From an uncultured Bacilli bacterium (GTDB lineage: Bacteria; Bacillota_I; Bacilli_A; RF39; UBA660), in contig CALVIS010000001.1 in NCBI GenBank assembly GCA_944331805.1, forward strand, positions 1 to 59,400: DNA of 59,400 bases. The letters are read 5' to 3'. The position numbers were made by a program, and so were the translations under genes. The notes beneath the pieces are model-generated. The model saw only the letters and a list, made by a program, of their open reading frames with translations. It was not told the origin of the DNA and made no database searches. Each line of letters starts with the position of its first letter. Within the stretch, counting starts at the first letter, position 1. Shown piece after piece: positions 16,916-26,049 of the stretch.

Positions 16916-18085
16916 ATGAGATTTAAAAGAATATTTTTAATGGTTTTAGATTCCTTAGGAGTAGGGGAAGCGATCGATGCTGCTAGTTATGGAGATAGTG
17001 GGGCGAATACTTTAGGTCATATTAAAGAAAATTATGATTTATTTATCCCTAATCTTGCTAAAATAGGATTCTTAAATACTTTAAATATGGATGAAAATAC
17101 TGATGTAGATGCTTACTATACTATTGCAAGACCTAATAATGCGGGAAAAGATACTTTAGCAGGTCATTATGAAATGATGGGAATTACATCTAATATTCCT
17201 TTTAAGACTTTTAATGAAAATGGATTCCCTATTGAATTAATTGATGAGATTGAAACTGTTACAGGTAGACGTGTTATAGGTAATAAATGTAGCAACGACA
17301 ATGGTATTATTAATGAACTTGGAGAAAGACAAGTAGATTATGGTTCTTTAATTGTTTATACATCAGCTGACTCTGATTTACAAATCGCTGCTCATGAAGA
17401 TGTTATTAGTCCTGAGATTTTATATAGTTATTGTGAAAAGGTTAGAGAATTAACTCTAAAAGATGAATTTTTAGTAGGCAGAGTAATTGCAAGACCTTTT
17501 ACAGGTAGTAAAGGTAAGTTTAAACTAAATAATGCGGGAAGAAAAGATTATCCAGTAGCACCTCCATCTAAGACTATTTTAGACGATTTAAATGCTAATA
17601 ATTATAATGTCATAGCAATAGGTAAGATGAATGATATCTTTAGTAAAACTAGTATAAATAAAAGTTTAAAAGCTAATTCTAATATGGATGCGATTAATAA
17701 GTTAACTAATGTTATGGATAAAAAGTTTACAGGACTTTGTATGGTTAATTTATGTGATTTTGATAATTTATATGGCCATTTAAGAGATGTGGAAGGATAT
17801 GCTAAAGCGATAGAGGAGTTAGATGTAGAAATACCTATGATTTTAAATAAACTAGAAGTAGATGACTTATTAATCATAACAGCAGATCACGGTAATGATC
17901 CAACTTTTAAAGGAAATGATCATACTAGAGAAAATGTTCCTTTAATTATTTATAGTAGAAGTTTTAAAAATCCTAAGAGATTGGAGATACAAGATACAAT
18001 GGCAGTTATTGGAGCAACTATAGCAGATAATTTTGAAATAACACCTCCAGAAATAGGAACAAGTATATTAGACGAACTAGAGTAG
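16916..18085 (+). CDS. deoB: phosphopentomutase
   Basis: FLMVLDSLGVGE, TADHGNDP and the 389-aa length are typical. Confidence 0.93.
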   Translation: MRFKRIFLMVLDSLGVGEAIDAASYGDSGANTLGHIKENYDLFIPNLAKIGFLNTLNMDENTDVDAYYTIARPNNAGKDTLAGHYEMMGITSNIPFKTFNENGFPIELIDEIETVTGRRVIGNKCSNDNGIINELGERQVDYGSLIVYTSADSDLQIAAHEDVISPEILYSYCEKVRELTLKDEFLVGRVIARPFTGSKGKFKLNNAGRKDYPVAPPSKTILDDLNANNYNVIAIGKMNDIFSKTSINKSLKANSNMDAINKLTNVMDKKFTGLCMVNLCDFDNLYGHLRDVEGYAKAIEELDVEIPMILNKLEVDDLLIITADHGNDPTFKGNDHTRENVPLIIYSRSFKNPKRLEIQDTMAVIGATIADNFEITPPEIGTSILDELE

Positions 18086-18114
18086 GGAAGAGGAGTAGTT
18101 TAGGGTATAAAAAG

Positions 18115-18137
18115 ACTAGTAGTTTAATTCTACTAGT
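18115..18137. terminator. bidirectional terminator between deoB and the DUF1540 gene
   Basis: ACTAGTAG / CTACTAGT 8-bp stem with a 7-nt loop. Confidence 0.55.
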
Positions 18138-18312
18138 TCTCTTCTTCATTTTTTTCAAAACTTGCACATACAGTTTGTTCTTGGTCACAAACTTCGTCTT
18201 TTGGACAATCACAGTTGCTACTAACCTTAATCTCATCTAAGTTGCATTCTTGATTGTTACTATTATATTTGCAACTGTCAACGTCACATTTAATACTTTG
18301 TTTCTTTTTCAT
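18133..18312 (-). CDS. DUF1540-like Cys-rich small protein
   Basis: 59 aa counting from the ATG at 18312 (RBS GAAGGAGAGAG). IKCDVDSCKYNSNNQECNLDEIKV ... CDCPKDEVC is the typical DUF1540 cysteine pattern. Confidence 0.65.
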   Translation of the reverse strand: MKKKQSIKCDVDSCKYNSNNQECNLDEIKVSSNCDCPKDEVCDQEQTVCASFEKNEEEN

Positions 18313-18804
18313 TTTTCTCTCTCCTTCAATATTTATATTTCCCAAAAAATATAATATTATTCCCCTATTTTTAAAATTCACTTCCCCTACTTTGTTTTAT
18401 ATTAAAAAAGAGTAGAATAGTAGTATGTTATACATTATAAATAATTAATTTATACATATAACTGATAACTGGATAACTTATTGATTTCAATTAAATAAAT
18501 TATAAATTTATAAATGTGATATATATAATTATGTTTTAATTATATATGCTTCCATATGCATAGTAGTTACTAAAATCAAATAATAGTTACTAATTAAAGC
18601 AGATATTTTTTTAAATCAAAAATATTATTATTAAAATGGAGATTATAATATAGAATAGTAAAAGACATAAGATTAACAATTATTCATCTAAAATAATTAA
18701 ATATTTAACTTCCTATAATATATATTATGTTAACTAGAGTATATAGTAAGCTCTGTACCTGAAAAAACATACAGTCCTTAATATCAACCCCATTAATATT
18801 ATAC

Positions 18805-19113
18805 CTAATCAAAAGAAAAAATTAATGCCATAAGAATTAAGAAAATACCTAATACTGATATAATTACAGCAGGTATTATTGTAGTATCATATAATGTTTT
18901 GCTATTTGTTTGCTCTTTTTCAATATATTCAGTTTCAGAGTTTTCTTCATCAAAAACATATTTCAATTTTTTATTTATACTAGCTAAATAACCAATGACA
19001 AAAACTACTAAAACTAATAAAAGTATTGGAAATCCATAAGTTAAAAACAAAACATAATATGAATTATATGCTATTATATTTGAAATACCTTCTACTGTAC
19101 TATTATTAACCAT
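18805..19113 (-). CDS. small membrane protein (2 predicted TM helices)
   Basis: 102 aa with two long hydrophobic stretches flanking an acidic loop. Confidence 0.5.
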   Translation of the reverse strand: MVNNSTVEGISNIIAYNSYYVLFLTYGFPILLLVLVVFVIGYLASINKKLKYVFDEENSETEYIEKEQTNSKTLYDTTIIPAVIISVLGIFLILMALIFSFD

Positions 19114-19234
19114 AAAACAAACACCTTTCTACAAGCAAATTATATCAAATTATCTAGTCTACTCCCCTACTCCCCTGCTTGTTTTACATATACTTTACAC
19201 TTCTGATATATAATAGAACTAGATATAAATCTAG

Positions 19235-20323
19235 TTAATCTCTATTATTATTATCTGGGATACATATATACTTGTTATGAATTTTTACAACTAATACTTT
19301 ATCCATTATAGAAATATTTTTTGAACTAAATTGCTTAAATGTAACATCTAAATGAACATTATATAAGGGAAAATATATTGTAACTATATTATATCTAGTA
19401 CTTGGTGAAGTACTAATATTACTTATATAGCCGTTATTAATAGAATTTATCTTATTGGATTTTAATTTTATAACAGATAATAAATTAATAAATAGAGCTA
19501 TAATAATCAATATATTAATAATTAAATAAATAGCAAGTGGTAATAATATATTTGTGTTATTGCTAGAAAGATAACTTTTAAATAAACCTAGCGGTTTAAA
19601 AAAGGAAAATAAAAATAACATAACTATAATTTGGAGAATTAATGATTTTATATAATAATTGGTTATTATCTTTTTGTTCTCTTCCGATATTTCATTATAT
19701 TTAAAATTTTTTTTAGATAGTTTATTACTTTTTAAAGCACGATTTTTTAAATTTTCTAATTGATTTAACTGATTAAATTTAAACTTTCCTTTTTTAAAAT
19801 CAAATATTTTAAATACTAAATTGTTTCTATTTTCAAAATAATCACAATAAGATTGTAAATCATTTTTATCAGTATAATTTGATATAACGTTTATTAATTG
19901 ATAAAACTCTTCATTATTTATGCTATTAGATGATAAATTATCTAAAATACTATATATTTTTTGTTTTACATTATAAATATTAATTATGTTATCCAAATTA
20001 TTATTTATAAGTATTTTTTTTATTTCAATATAAGCATTAATATATTCATTTTTAATAGTGTTATCTTTTAGACATTCTATAATACTAAAATTACAATATA
20101 AACTTTTTAATTGTTCATTGGATAAATAAATTTTTTCAATATCATAAACAGAATTAGTTTTTAAAAGCAAGCCTTTTATATTATAAATAGTATTACTAAT
20201 GTTTTCAGTTTTAGAAAGATGATAGATAAGATAAAAAACGTCTTGCATATGATAATTATTTGTATCTAGTTTTAAAATTAAATATAGCTCTAGGGCTTCT
20301 TTTGAAAAGATGTCATTATACAT
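19235..20323 (-). CDS. hypothetical membrane-anchored protein
   Basis: 362 aa. Asn/Ile-rich helical N-half, two hydrophobic helices at roughly aa 230-290, and a small C-terminal beta-like domain. Lies 10 nt downstream of the HTH gene. Confidence 0.5.
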   Translation of the reverse strand: MYNDIFSKEALELYLILKLDTNNYHMQDVFYLIYHLSKTENISNTIYNIKGLLLKTNSVYDIEKIYLSNEQLKSLYCNFSIIECLKDNTIKNEYINAYIEIKKILINNNLDNIINIYNVKQKIYSILDNLSSNSINNEEFYQLINVISNYTDKNDLQSYCDYFENRNNLVFKIFDFKKGKFKFNQLNQLENLKNRALKSNKLSKKNFKYNEISEENKKIITNYYIKSLILQIIVMLFLFSFFKPLGLFKSYLSSNNTNILLPLAIYLIINILIIIALFINLLSVIKLKSNKINSINNGYISNISTSPSTRYNIVTIYFPLYNVHLDVTFKQFSSKNISIMDKVLVVKIHNKYICIPDNNNRD

Positions 20324-20333
20324 TTTATACCTT

Positions 20334-21101
20334 TTATACCTTTCTTGATTGAATCTCAGCTATTTTCTCAAGTACTTCTTTAGCATTTGTCTCATTAATT
20401 TCACTGTACCCTAGTTCCCTTAATGCTTGTACTTTAGCAGTATTTAACTCTTGAGTACGACTAAGCTTTTCTTCTTTTTTCGCTTCAATATCTTGGACAA
20501 ATCTCTTATGGGTTTCTGCTATCTTATTTTTAGATGCACCACCATTATGATATAGAGTCATTGCAGAAAATAGAATACTTTCAAATATAAACTGTTTATC
20601 TTTATCAAAAGTAAATTCCATTGGATCAGTAAATCCCATGGATTTAGACATATAAGCCAAAATATATCTTAATTCATCAGCAGTCTCCATTGATTGTAAA
20701 TAATGATATAAATATACATATGTATTATAAGTAGTTTTAGTCTTATCTTCTGATAATTTTTCTTTTAATAGATTAATTATATCAGCCATTATTTCCTGTT
20801 CTTTTTTATTAAAACATTTAAGGTCTGCTAACACTTCTCTATTAGAAGAATCTTTTACTCCTTCATTTAATCTATTTTCAACTTCAATAATATAATCACT
20901 TGTTACAGTAATACCACTTACGCCTTCTTCATCTTCTATATTTAATAAGGCAAGTAGTCTAACTGCTTTTTCTTTAGGCCATTGTGATAGACTATCCATT
21001 GCTAAATAGTTATATAACATTTGTCTTGATACTCCTAAATACTTAGCAAGCCTTACCTTTGAAATTCCAAGTTCACTTAATAATATATTTAATTCTTTCA
21101 T
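20334..21101 (-). CDS. XRE-family HTH protein with uncharacterised C-terminal domain
   Basis: LNILLSELGISKVRLAKYLGVSRQMLYNYL is a classic HTH_3. The ATG at 21101 follows the RBS GGTGGTG. Confidence 0.7.
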   Translation of the reverse strand: MKELNILLSELGISKVRLAKYLGVSRQMLYNYLAMDSLSQWPKEKAVRLLALLNIEDEEGVSGITVTSDYIIEVENRLNEGVKDSSNREVLADLKCFNKKEQEIMADIINLLKEKLSEDKTKTTYNTYVYLYHYLQSMETADELRYILAYMSKSMGFTDPMEFTFDKDKQFIFESILFSAMTLYHNGGASKNKIAETHKRFVQDIEAKKEEKLSRTQELNTAKVQALRELGYSEINETNAKEVLEKIAEIQSRKV

Positions 21102-21122
21102 GTCACACACCACCTATAATAC

Positions 21123-21151
21123 ATTTTAATTAGTTTGACAAGTTTAGTCAA
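21123..21151 (-). promoter_or_regulatory. putative promoter with palindromic operator
   Basis: Minus strand reads TTGACT, 17 nt, then TAAAAT. The -35 is embedded in the inverted repeat TTGAC-N7-GTCAA (21135..21151). Confidence 0.35.
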
Positions 21152-21185
21152 GTAAAATCTGTGTAAAATACTTTACAAAAAGAAA

Positions 21186-21202
21186 AAAGAGATAATCTCT
21201 TT
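21186..21202 (-). terminator. rho-independent terminator after mnmA
   Basis: AAAGAGA-TAA-TCTCTTT hairpin, followed on the minus strand by a T-run. Confidence 0.5.
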
Positions 21203-21261
21203 TCAAATTATCCTCTATCTCTTTCCATGAATATCCCTCCTACTATTAGTATAAGCATATT

Positions 21262-22371
21262 TTAAAGTAAATACCAGAGTTTTTTATCATCTTTTCTAAC
21301 TTCTTTAACAATTCCACCACCTAAACAGTATTCTCCATCATAAAAAACACATGCTTGTCCAGGAGTTACCGCTTTAACATTATTATATCTAACGATTATT
21401 TCTCCATTATCTAGATATTCTAGTTTAACAGGAACATCAGGCGCTCTATATCTAAATTTAGCAGTGCACTCTAAAGGCCTTTCATCGCAGTTAAAGTTAA
21501 TAGTCTCTAAAATAGCACTATCTGAATATAAATATTCATTATCCTCCCCTTCTGCCACATATAAAACATTCTTATTTAAATCTTTTCCAACAACAAATAA
21601 CTTATCTTTAGTACCACCAACATCAAGTCCCTTTCTCTGCCCTATTGTATAGTACATAAGACCAATATGTTCTCCTAATACTTCATTAGTATCAATATTA
21701 ACAATATTACCTTTTTTGTTTGGTAAATAATTCTTAAGAAAGTTTTTAAAGTTTCTCTCACCTATAAAACAAATACCAGTAGAGTCTTTCTTTTTAGCAG
21801 TAACTAAATCATATTTTAAAGCAATCTCACGTACTTCCTTTTTATCTTTAATATCTCCTAGTGGAAATAAAACATTTTGTAATTGTTCTTTAGATACTTG
21901 TGATAGAAAATAAGTCTGATCTTTATTATGTTCATGACTTCTCATAAGTCTACCGTTTTCAATTTTAGCATAATGTCCTGTAGCAATATAGTCAGCACCT
22001 AACTTTTTCGCTTCCCTAACAAATAAATCAAACTTAATATATTTATTACACATAATATCAGGGTTAGGTGTTCTCCCCTTCTTTAATTCATCTAAAAAGT
22101 AAGTAAAGACGTCATCCCAATACTCTTTAATAAAATCTACTCTATGTAAAGGTATTCCTAACTTATCACATACCGCTTTAGCATCATTATAATCTTCTTC
22201 TTGTGGACATATATTATTACCTAAATTAGGATTACCTAAGAAGTCATTATTAATAGAACTATCCCAATTACGCATAAATAAACCAATAACATCATAGCCT
22301 TGTTCTTTTAAAAGAATAGCAGCGACAGATGAATCTACTCCACCACTTATTCCAACTACAACTTTCTTCAT
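21262..22371 (-). CDS. mnmA: tRNA 2-thiouridine(34) synthase
   Basis: PP-loop [10 protein letters not shown]. Full-length similarity pattern (CNKYIKF, GHYA, DQTYFL, C-terminal barrel). The ATG at 22371 follows the RBS GAGGTGG. Confidence 0.94.
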   Translation of the reverse strand: MKKVVVGISGGVDSSVAAILLKEQGYDVIGLFMRNWDSSINNDFLGNPNLGNNICPQEEDYNDAKAVCDKLGIPLHRVDFIKEYWDDVFTYFLDELKKGRTPNPDIMCNKYIKFDLFVREAKKLGADYIATGHYAKIENGRLMRSHEHNKDQTYFLSQVSKEQLQNVLFPLGDIKDKKEVREIALKYDLVTAKKKDSTGICFIGERNFKNFLKNYLPNKKGNIVNIDTNEVLGEHIGLMYYTIGQRKGLDVGGTKDKLFVVGKDLNKNVLYVAEGEDNEYLYSDSAILETINFNCDERPLECTAKFRYRAPDVPVKLEYLDNGEIIVRYNNVKAVTPGQACVFYDGEYCLGGGIVKEVRKDDKKLWYLL

Positions 22372-22469
22372 AGATACCACCTCTAACTCGTACTAATTAT
22401 ACTATATATACCCTTTACTTTCAAGGAAAATATGTTATAATATGTAGTGCAACTTTAAGGGGTGGTTTA

Positions 22470-24242
22470 ATGAATAAAAGCTTTAAAAAGATAATTAATT
22501 TAGAAGAAAATATCTCTATAGATGATTTAAAAGCAGCTTTAGAATACTTTATAACTATCAAAGATAATGATTTAAAAGAAGAATTTCTATTAAAATGTAA
22601 AAAAGTTATTATATCTTTTCTTAATAAATTATTACCTATGGTAGATGAGTATCCTATTTCTATATCATATGACAAAACAGTTTTTAAAATAGATAGGCTT
22701 CTATATTGGGCTAATTTTTTATATGGTAATAAAATTTTTCCTATATTTACTAAAGATATACAAAATATAAATGATAACTCTCTTTATTTAGCCTCTTTAG
22801 ATAGATACCGTAATAATGTCAATATAGATTTATTTGATGATAAAGAATTACTGTTAGATTTAGATATGTATAGTAAATCAATTGAATTAGAATCTAAATA
22901 TAGTGATATTAATAAAGATGTATTAGAGGAAGCTTATTACTTATATTTTAGTCTTAATAATTTTTTAGATAAAAAAGATTATGAAGAAAGAAAAAGAAAA
23001 TTTATGGATAAAAATAATATTTATCCAGGTACATTAAAAGATTATGTTGAAACATATGGAATGCTATATTTAAATATTCCCTTAAAAAAGATAGATAAGA
23101 TGATAAACTTTGTTGAAAGTGCTACTAGTCATTTTTCTAATGATTTCTTTAAATTTGAAGAAGTTTTAAACAATATCATAAATAGTAATGATATTAACTA
23201 TATAAAAGAAATTGTATTTACTAATCATCTTTCTCCATATGTAATAAAAAGTTTTATTGAAAAATATAGATTTTATAATAGAAAGTATTCTAATAATTTA
23301 GATAATATAATAAAGAAAATAAACGCTTCTATAATATCATTAGAAAAAGAACATAAATATATTCATTATTCTATCGCTTTAACTAAAATAGAAAGTAGTA
23401 ATGATTTAGAAGAAATTAAAATTATAGTAAAAAACAATATAACATATTTAACAAAAGATAATGTGGAGAGATTTATTACAATTTATAGAGTTACTTTATC
23501 TGATAAAAAGAAACAAGAATTAGAAGAAGAATTACTCAAAAAAACTGAAATAGCAAAAGAGGACATAAAAAAAGACAATGCTGCTGATAGAGCATTAGGA
23601 ATAGAAAGAAGAAAAGAAAATTTATATAATAGTATTGATTTCAATATATTTTTAAGCTCTGATATTAAGAGTAAGGATGATTTTTGTAAACTAATGGATA
23701 TCAGAGAAAGTGATTTTAATACTTTATTTTCAATGTTAGAAGTTAGAGATAATGAACTATACTTAAAAATTAAAGGAAAAATAAGAAATCTACAAGGCCA
23801 AAGATATGCAGTATTAATTAACAAAGTAAATTCTATTGCCGATAACATTATTAATGGAATAGAACTAGAAGATGGTAGTAGAAGAAATTTTGAAATACTT
23901 GATTATTTTCTTAGTACTAAATTAGACTTTAATGAATTTATAGACTTATATAATAAAAGCAGAAATATAGATATAGAATCACTAAAAGCAATTAAGATCT
24001 TCTTTGCTAAAAATAAACTAACTAATAAACTAAATATCAATCAAGAACTTGATGGAAGAACTATATTTATGGTAGATGATAAACCATATGAAGTAAGTAA
24101 AGAGGAAAAACAAACAGTTCTTAACTATCTAGGAGTTAAAGATATACCTCTTTATACAAAAGTATATAAACAAGCTTTAAAAAGACATATAAATGGTAAT
24201 TTAATATTAGAAGATGATAAAAAACTAATTAAGAAAGGATAA
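22470..24242 (+). CDS. large helical Lys/Asn-rich protein, family copy 1
   Basis: 590 aa. Paralogue of 24248..26047 along its whole length. HTH-like stretch FCKLMDIRESDFNTLFSML. Conserved tail IPLYTKVYKQALKRHINGNLILEDDKKLIKKG. Confidence 0.6.
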   Translation: MNKSFKKIINLEENISIDDLKAALEYFITIKDNDLKEEFLLKCKKVIISFLNKLLPMVDEYPISISYDKTVFKIDRLLYWANFLYGNKIFPIFTKDIQNINDNSLYLASLDRYRNNVNIDLFDDKELLLDLDMYSKSIELESKYSDINKDVLEEAYYLYFSLNNFLDKKDYEERKRKFMDKNNIYPGTLKDYVETYGMLYLNIPLKKIDKMINFVESATSHFSNDFFKFEEVLNNIINSNDINYIKEIVFTNHLSPYVIKSFIEKYRFYNRKYSNNLDNIIKKINASIISLEKEHKYIHYSIALTKIESSNDLEEIKIIVKNNITYLTKDNVERFITIYRVTLSDKKKQELEEELLKKTEIAKEDIKKDNAADRALGIERRKENLYNSIDFNIFLSSDIKSKDDFCKLMDIRESDFNTLFSMLEVRDNELYLKIKGKIRNLQGQRYAVLINKVNSIADNIINGIELEDGSRRNFEILDYFLSTKLDFNEFIDLYNKSRNIDIESLKAIKIFFAKNKLTNKLNINQELDGRTIFMVDDKPYEVSKEEKQTVLNYLGVKDIPLYTKVYKQALKRHINGNLILEDDKKLIKKG

Positions 24243-24247
24243 TGCTT

Positions 24248-26047
24248 ATGAATAAAGATAGTTTCGATAAAATTATCAATAATGATAAAGAAGATATAAG
24301 TAGTAAAGATTTTACTAAAGCAATAGAATATTTTTTATCTGTTAAAGATAATAATAGTAAAAAACAGTTTTTAAATAATTTTAAGCCATTAATTAATTAT
24401 TATTTTACAAAAAGTTCTTTAGTTTTTGAAATTGATCATGATGTTTATACTATAAATAATAATATTGCTTATAAAATAGGACAGCTTTCTTTTTACATGT
24501 ATTCTTTATATGGAAAAACTAACCTTGAAAAAATAAAAAAAGAAGAAAATATTGATTATTATAAAGGGTATAAAACTTTTTTCGATAAGTATTACTTTAT
24601 ATCTAAACTCTTTCAAAATGAGGTTCCTTTAATTAAAAGACTAAAAACATATCGAAAAGAAAAAGATATATCAGAAAAATATCAGGATTTTAATATAGAT
24701 ATATTAAAAGAAGCATATTACACAGCCTTTACCATCGATAATTATTCTGATAAAGATAATTATTATAAGAGAATTGATTCATTCCTAGAAAAATATAATA
24801 TTAATATTGATACATTTAAAGAATATATTAGAGCATATGGCTTGCTATATCTAAACACAGACTTAAAACATATAGATAATAAAATTTTATCAATTGTTTT
24901 AGCACTTAAAAAGATTAATATTACTGGTTCAAAAGAGGTATTAGCTAAAGTACTTGAAAAAAACAAAGACTCTAATGATAATGAAAACTTTGAAAATATT
25001 GTATTTTCTAAACACATATCTTTAGATGTGCTTGATTATTTATATGAAAATAAGTACTTTGATACTGATACTTATAAGAATTTATATGTTAAAGTTAGTA
25101 AAGCTATTGAAAGTCTTAGTGAAAAATATAAATATATTCACTACTCTATCGTTATGAGTAAACTAGAAAAAGAAGAAGATCTTAATATAATAGATAACAT
25201 AGTAGAAAATAATAATAATTTGATACATCCTGAGTATATTAGAAAGTTTCTTAATAATTATAGACAAACTCTAACAGAAGAAGAAAAAGAAAATTTAAAA
25301 GAACAAATAACTACTAAAATAGATGAGGCAAGAAAAAGAATTAACTATAAAAAAATGATAAAGAGAAGACAAAGTGATGTAGAAAATACTAAAGAAATAT
25401 TAAAGAATATTGATTTTACCCTATTTCTTGATAATAGTATTCGAAGCATTAAACAATTTTGCCAACTAGTAGGTATCACGGAGAGAACATATTATAAATG
25501 CATAAAAATTCTTGAAGAAGTTAATAATCCATTATATTTACAAATAAAAGAAAAAATAGAAAAACATAATAAGAAAAATAAAGAAATTAACAAATCGACT
25601 GAAAATATAATATCTATTGTTAAGCAAATAGAATGTGGAGTTATAGATAAAGATTGTAATATAAGACCGTTTGAATTATTAGATTATTTTCTTAATACTA
25701 AATTAAATTATAGTGAGTTTTTTGATATTTACATAAATAGTAATGATTGTAGTAAATCTTCTTTAACTGCTTTTAAAAATTTTATGGTTAACAATAAAAT
25801 ATCATATGTAATAGCCGATAATAAAATGGATAAAATAACTGTTGATCAAGAGCTTAATGGTACTACTATATTAATGATAGATAATGAGCCTTATGAAGTA
25901 ACAAGAGAAGAAAAAGAAGAAGTTATTAACTTCCTTCAAGAAAAAGAGATACCTCTTTATATAAAAGTATATAAACAAGCCCTAAGAAGACATATAAGTG
26001 GTAAATTAATATTGGAAGATGATAAAAAAATGATTAAGAAAGGATGA
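24248..26047 (+). CDS. large helical Lys/Asn-rich protein, family copy 2
   Basis: The ATG at 24248 aligns MNKDSFDKIIN with MNKSFKKIIN of copy 1, and the RBS AAAGGA lies in the upstream gene's end. HTH-like FCQLVGITERTYYKCIKIL. Same C-terminal tail. Confidence 0.6.
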   Translation: MNKDSFDKIINNDKEDISSKDFTKAIEYFLSVKDNNSKKQFLNNFKPLINYYFTKSSLVFEIDHDVYTINNNIAYKIGQLSFYMYSLYGKTNLEKIKKEENIDYYKGYKTFFDKYYFISKLFQNEVPLIKRLKTYRKEKDISEKYQDFNIDILKEAYYTAFTIDNYSDKDNYYKRIDSFLEKYNINIDTFKEYIRAYGLLYLNTDLKHIDNKILSIVLALKKINITGSKEVLAKVLEKNKDSNDNENFENIVFSKHISLDVLDYLYENKYFDTDTYKNLYVKVSKAIESLSEKYKYIHYSIVMSKLEKEEDLNIIDNIVENNNNLIHPEYIRKFLNNYRQTLTEEEKENLKEQITTKIDEARKRINYKKMIKRRQSDVENTKEILKNIDFTLFLDNSIRSIKQFCQLVGITERTYYKCIKILEEVNNPLYLQIKEKIEKHNKKNKEINKSTENIISIVKQIECGVIDKDCNIRPFELLDYFLNTKLNYSEFFDIYINSNDCSKSSLTAFKNFMVNNKISYVIADNKMDKITVDQELNGTTILMIDNEPYEVTREEKEEVINFLQEKEIPLYIKVYKQALRRHISGKLILEDDKKMIKKG

Positions 26048-26049
26048 AA

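Noticed and set aside
18382-18804. oriC-like region or DnaA-box cluster in the 420-bp AT-rich gap (ACTGGATAA, GATAACT repeats).
   Set aside because: At best there are 7/9 matches to TTATCCACA, only one or two sites, and no dnaA/dnaN nearby.
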